A stretch of DNA of 64,000 bases from Aplysia californica (Eukaryota), in contig NW_004797989.1 in NCBI RefSeq assembly GCF_000002075.1, forward strand, positions 88,721-152,720, in the 5' to 3' direction. The translations under genes and the position numbers were made by a program. The notes beneath the pieces were generated by a model. The model was not told the DNA's origin. It saw nothing but the letters and a program-made list of their open reading frames with translations, and did not search any database. Every line of letters starts with the position of its first letter. The stretch's first letter is position 1. Shown piece after piece: positions 63,301-64,000 of the stretch.

Positions 63301-63382
63301 GGAAGGCGCTGTACAATATCCTGGCTTGAAGGAAGATATTGCAAGGGCCGCCACTTGTGAGGATTTATTAAGTGTTGCTCGG
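40783..63382 (+). CDS. TTC13: Tetratricopeptide repeat protein 13 orthologue, 19 exons / 673 codons in window, 3' end beyond window
   Basis: All GT-AG junctions are phase-consistent. Signal peptide and TPR array present. Motifs CQYMKG..FYEG, KASPEY..YLREY.RYLH..LDTP, DHW.K, EQPGLQP, PN.R...AMGLA and WR..F...R.IA..DQP.LW.D match my recollection of vertebrate TTC13. Confidence 0.9.
41215..41330. repeat. TAGATC / TAGGCCTA cluster behind TTC13 exon 1
   Basis: TAGATCTAGATAGATAGATCTAGATGTCTAGAATCTAGA...TAGGCCTA. Confidence 0.85.
42000..42540 (+). mobile_element. Highly degenerate RTE-like LINE 3' fragment
   Basis: Similar to 45450-46275; AAAGT-type tail. Confidence 0.55.
43625..43731 (+). CDS. 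TTC13: TTC13 exon 2 (DSSDGYSPLPFGLC...NDVE)
   Basis: CAG acceptor, GTAATA donor, phase 1 to 0. Confidence 0.7.
44265..45090. mobile_element. Non-autonomous DNA element with TIR GTGCCTGGTGAAAGGTACCAAA
   Basis: Inverted ends at 44275-44310 and 45050-45080; ends ~30 nt before the exon 3 acceptor. Confidence 0.75.
45121..45196 (+). CDS. TTC13: TTC13 exon 3 (DLAEVIEEKNLIPLRTGDEKLDHRI)
   Basis: TTCAG acceptor, GTAGGA donor. Confidence 0.8.
45450..46275 (+). mobile_element. RTE-type LINE 3' fragment (degenerate RT C-terminus)
   Basis: Degenerate LFAD, FSYLGS and RGRPRKTW motifs; (GTAAA)n tail. Confidence 0.8.
46408..46478 (+). CDS. TTC13: TTC13 exon 4 (ARAIVLLNIGNVDKAIDEFTAVIE)
   Basis: TPR helix; canonical junctions. 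Confidence 0.88.
46688..47417. mobile_element. hAT-like MITE, TIR CAGAGCTGCCAAGT, 6-bp TSD CAGAAG
   Basis: Perfect 14-bp TIR; CAGAAG at 46682-46687 and 47418-47423. Confidence 0.8.
47726..47791 (+). CDS. TTC13: TTC13 exon 5 (SEPGAAVAYFGRGAAYARQGLQ)
   Basis: TPR motif; canonical junctions. Confidence 0.9.
48359..48457 (+). CDS. TTC13: TTC13 exon 6 (HPLVARRALADFNKAIQL...HRAE)
   Basis: TPR motif; canonical junctions. Confidence 0.9.
48775..48891 (+). CDS. TTC13: TTC13 exon 7 (VLMMLQHFHDAYNDA...LLE)
   Basis: TPR motif; canonical junctions. Confidence 0.9.
49427..49543 (+). CDS. TTC13: TTC13 exon 8 (NFSDAENDF...LGLALYYRGKVR)
   Basis: TPR motif; canonical junctions. Confidence 0.9.
50250..50332 (+). 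CDS. TTC13: TTC13 exon 9 (NAIEVFKEVLKQNP...LAQGFK)
   Basis: AAG acceptor, GTAAGT donor, phase 2. Confidence 0.88.
50800..51670 (+). repeat. Degenerate ~110-130-bp tandem repeat whose last unit overlaps the exon 10 acceptor
   Basis: Recurrent GTATTTGAGAAAT...CTGCATCT...AGAGTTGG..AACATCA. Confidence 0.65.
51651..51792 (+). CDS. TTC13: TTC13 exon 10 (ELGNIKAA...QLRGNM...DFQ)
   Basis: TPR motif; canonical junctions. Confidence 0.9.
52234..52338 (+). CDS. TTC13: TTC13 exon 11 (KCLEVD...CQYMKG...FYEGLKDTTK)
   Basis: Conserved TTC13 motif; canonical junctions. Confidence 0.92.
52555..52975 (+). repeat. Degenerate ~35-40-bp minisatellite (AACAACTGATTCAAACACATGGATTTCTCTT)
   Basis: About 11 diverged units ending ~25 nt before the exon 12 acceptor. 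Confidence 0.8.
53000..53066 (+). CDS. TTC13: TTC13 exon 12 (LMVSSAPVIKASPEYIKAHYLR)
   Basis: Conserved KASPEY; canonical junctions. Confidence 0.92.
54335..54453 (+). CDS. TTC13: TTC13 exon 13 (EYARYLHSRLDTP...DHWVKLKPFDFK)
   Basis: Conserved motif; canonical junctions. Confidence 0.92.
54806..55030. mobile_element. Small MITE related to 7116-7330
   Basis: TGCTGACAAAACTGAGTTACTTCTC / GAGAAGTAACTC...TCAGCA. Confidence 0.65.
55170..55207 (+). CDS. TTC13: TTC13 exon 14 (NYKEQPGLQPDV)
   Basis: Conserved EQPGLQP; canonical junctions. Confidence 0.9.
55690..56040 (+). repeat. Old, degenerate part of the acceptor-related minisatellite
   Basis: Units resemble AACTCACAATTTTCCTTTTCCTGCCATAATATAAGATATC and the start of exon 15. 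Confidence 0.7.
56045..56532 (-). mobile_element. RTE-type LINE 3' fragment inserted in the minisatellite
   Basis: YQLAPLLSHPNI...TWTL...EMKCL on the minus strand; homologous to 45760-46260. Confidence 0.8.
56533..56945 (+). repeat. 36-bp minisatellite, ~11.5 near-identical copies
   Basis: Unit ATAAGAGATATCAACTGATGATTTCCCTGTCATAAT (variant ending GGAGTAAT); ends at the exon 15 polypyrimidine tract. Confidence 0.95.
56963..57128 (+). CDS. TTC13: TTC13 exon 15 (DVQPLKE...PNRRLNLAMGLA...YFE)
   Basis: Conserved motif; canonical junctions. Confidence 0.92.
58801..59110 (+). mobile_element. Retroposon family D copy with nested RTE-like 3' fragment (58920-59062)
   Basis: Outer TSD CATGCCA; inner TSD AAGTGCCA (58912-58919, 59063-59070); inner piece encodes TWRR...LAQDRKRW and has a (TGA)n tail. 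Confidence 0.75.
59179..59221 (+). CDS. TTC13: TTC13 exon 16 (TKWKAVKASKAGSH)
   Basis: Bridges phase 0 to 1 between exons 15 and 17; GCAG acceptor, GTGAGT donor. Confidence 0.8.
59270..59613 (+). mobile_element. CORE-type tRNA SINE
   Basis: Full-length homologue of 17556-17912. Confidence 0.85.
60224..60300. repeat. (GT)n microsatellite
   Basis: Direct observation. Confidence 0.95.
60540..60687 (+). CDS. TTC13: TTC13 exon 17 (DKIIHSWRELF...DQPFLWVD...FVR)
   Basis: Conserved motif; canonical junctions. Confidence 0.92.
60843..61023 (+). mobile_element. Retroposon family D (~185 bp)
   Basis: TSD TAACATGTGAAA / TAACATTTGAAA; shared tail. Confidence 0.85.
61605..61688 (+). CDS. TTC13: TTC13 exon 18 (GSVSNSKVKPYFELAFKLAKTMLEHYSG)
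   Basis: Phase 2 to 2; canonical junctions. Confidence 0.85.
61735..61925. repeat. (AAT)n-rich low-complexity tract
   Basis: Direct observation. Confidence 0.9.
62080..62265 (+). mobile_element. Retroposon family D (~185 bp)
   Basis: TSD GCACCTGTAATG / GCACCTGTTATG; tail ATGACCTTATGCAGTTGCGAGGGCCGTAAAACC. Confidence 0.88.
63099..63282 (+). mobile_element. Retroposon family D (~185 bp) inserted next to the exon 19 acceptor
   Basis: TSD AATCAATTCCA at 63088-63098 and 63283-63293. Confidence 0.88.
63301..63382 (+). CDS. TTC13: TTC13 exon 19 (EGAVQYPGLKEDIARAATCEDLLSVAR)
   Basis: Phase 2 to 0; EDLL motif; canonical junctions. Confidence 0.85.
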
Positions 63383-63401
63383 GTGAGGAACCTCACATTT
63401 A

Positions 63402-63403
<2 letters not shown>

Positions 63404-63481
<78 letters not shown>
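63404..63481. repeat. (TCTG)n microsatellite
   Basis: Direct observation. Confidence 0.95.
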
Positions 63482-63497
63482 TAATCTGTCTATCTTT

Positions 63498-63843
63498 GGT
63501 TGGTAGTCAAGTGATAAGGGTACCAGACTTGTAATCATGAGGTTGCAAGTTTGGAGTTCGAGCCTCAGGCACGACGTTGTTTCCTTAGGGAAGGCACTTT
63601 ACATGAATTTTCCTCACTTCACCCAGGTGAGAATGGGTACCCAGGTATAGACAGTGAAAGATCTTGCCTGGATTTGAGTGTTTTAGTGCCTATAAAAAAT
63701 GGCAGCTTGCACTGTATTCTTCTCAGGAAGTTGAGATTGTTTCAGAATGCTGTCAGGTCTACCGGGGTAATAATATAGATCATAAAGCGCATAGAGCTTG
63801 CTGTTGAGTGGGAATTTGTACTATGCAAATGCTATCTATTATC
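63498..63843 (+). mobile_element. CORE-type tRNA SINE
   Basis: Homologue of 17556-17912 and 59270-59613. Confidence 0.8.
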
Positions 63844-64000
63844 TTTCCATTCATTTATAATTATATCTAGTCTTTTTGTTCATTCGTCTGTCTTCAATGT
63901 ATCCATTTATCTGACTACCCATTGATCTGCTTTTCTGTCAACAATTTATCTTCTTCTATCTATTTGATTATTTCTCAGTCTACCTACCTATTTTCGTGGG

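Overview
Repeat-rich metazoan genomic DNA with several N gaps. The SINE/LINE repertoire and the CpG-poor gene bodies suggest a lophotrochozoan, mollusc-like invertebrate (inference). There are three genes, all on the + strand. Two are paralogous C2H2 zinc-finger genes, each with a single coding exon and an 8+10 finger layout (CDS 8707-11415 and 29924-32371); each has a putative upstream non-coding exon. The third is the first 19 exons (673 codons, 40783-63382) of a TTC13 orthologue that runs off the window. The remainder is nested mobile DNA: tRNA-derived Nin/Deu-type and CORE SINEs, two headless retroposon families sharing one 3' tail, a dead 5'-truncated RT+RNase H LINE, RTE fragments, a Harbinger relic, Tc1/mariner-type MITEs and several 6-bp-TSD DNA elements. 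The most interesting observations are: (1) TA-bounded palindromic arrays (TAGATCTA/TAGGCCTA/TACATGTA) that cluster just behind all three first exons and decompose like stacked transposon excision footprints; (2) repeated tandem amplification of 3' splice-site regions inside TTC13; (3) a modular retroposon system with a shared tail; (4) CT...AG-terminated DNA elements with 6-bp target-site duplications (TSDs); (5) a four-finger ZF cassette present four times.
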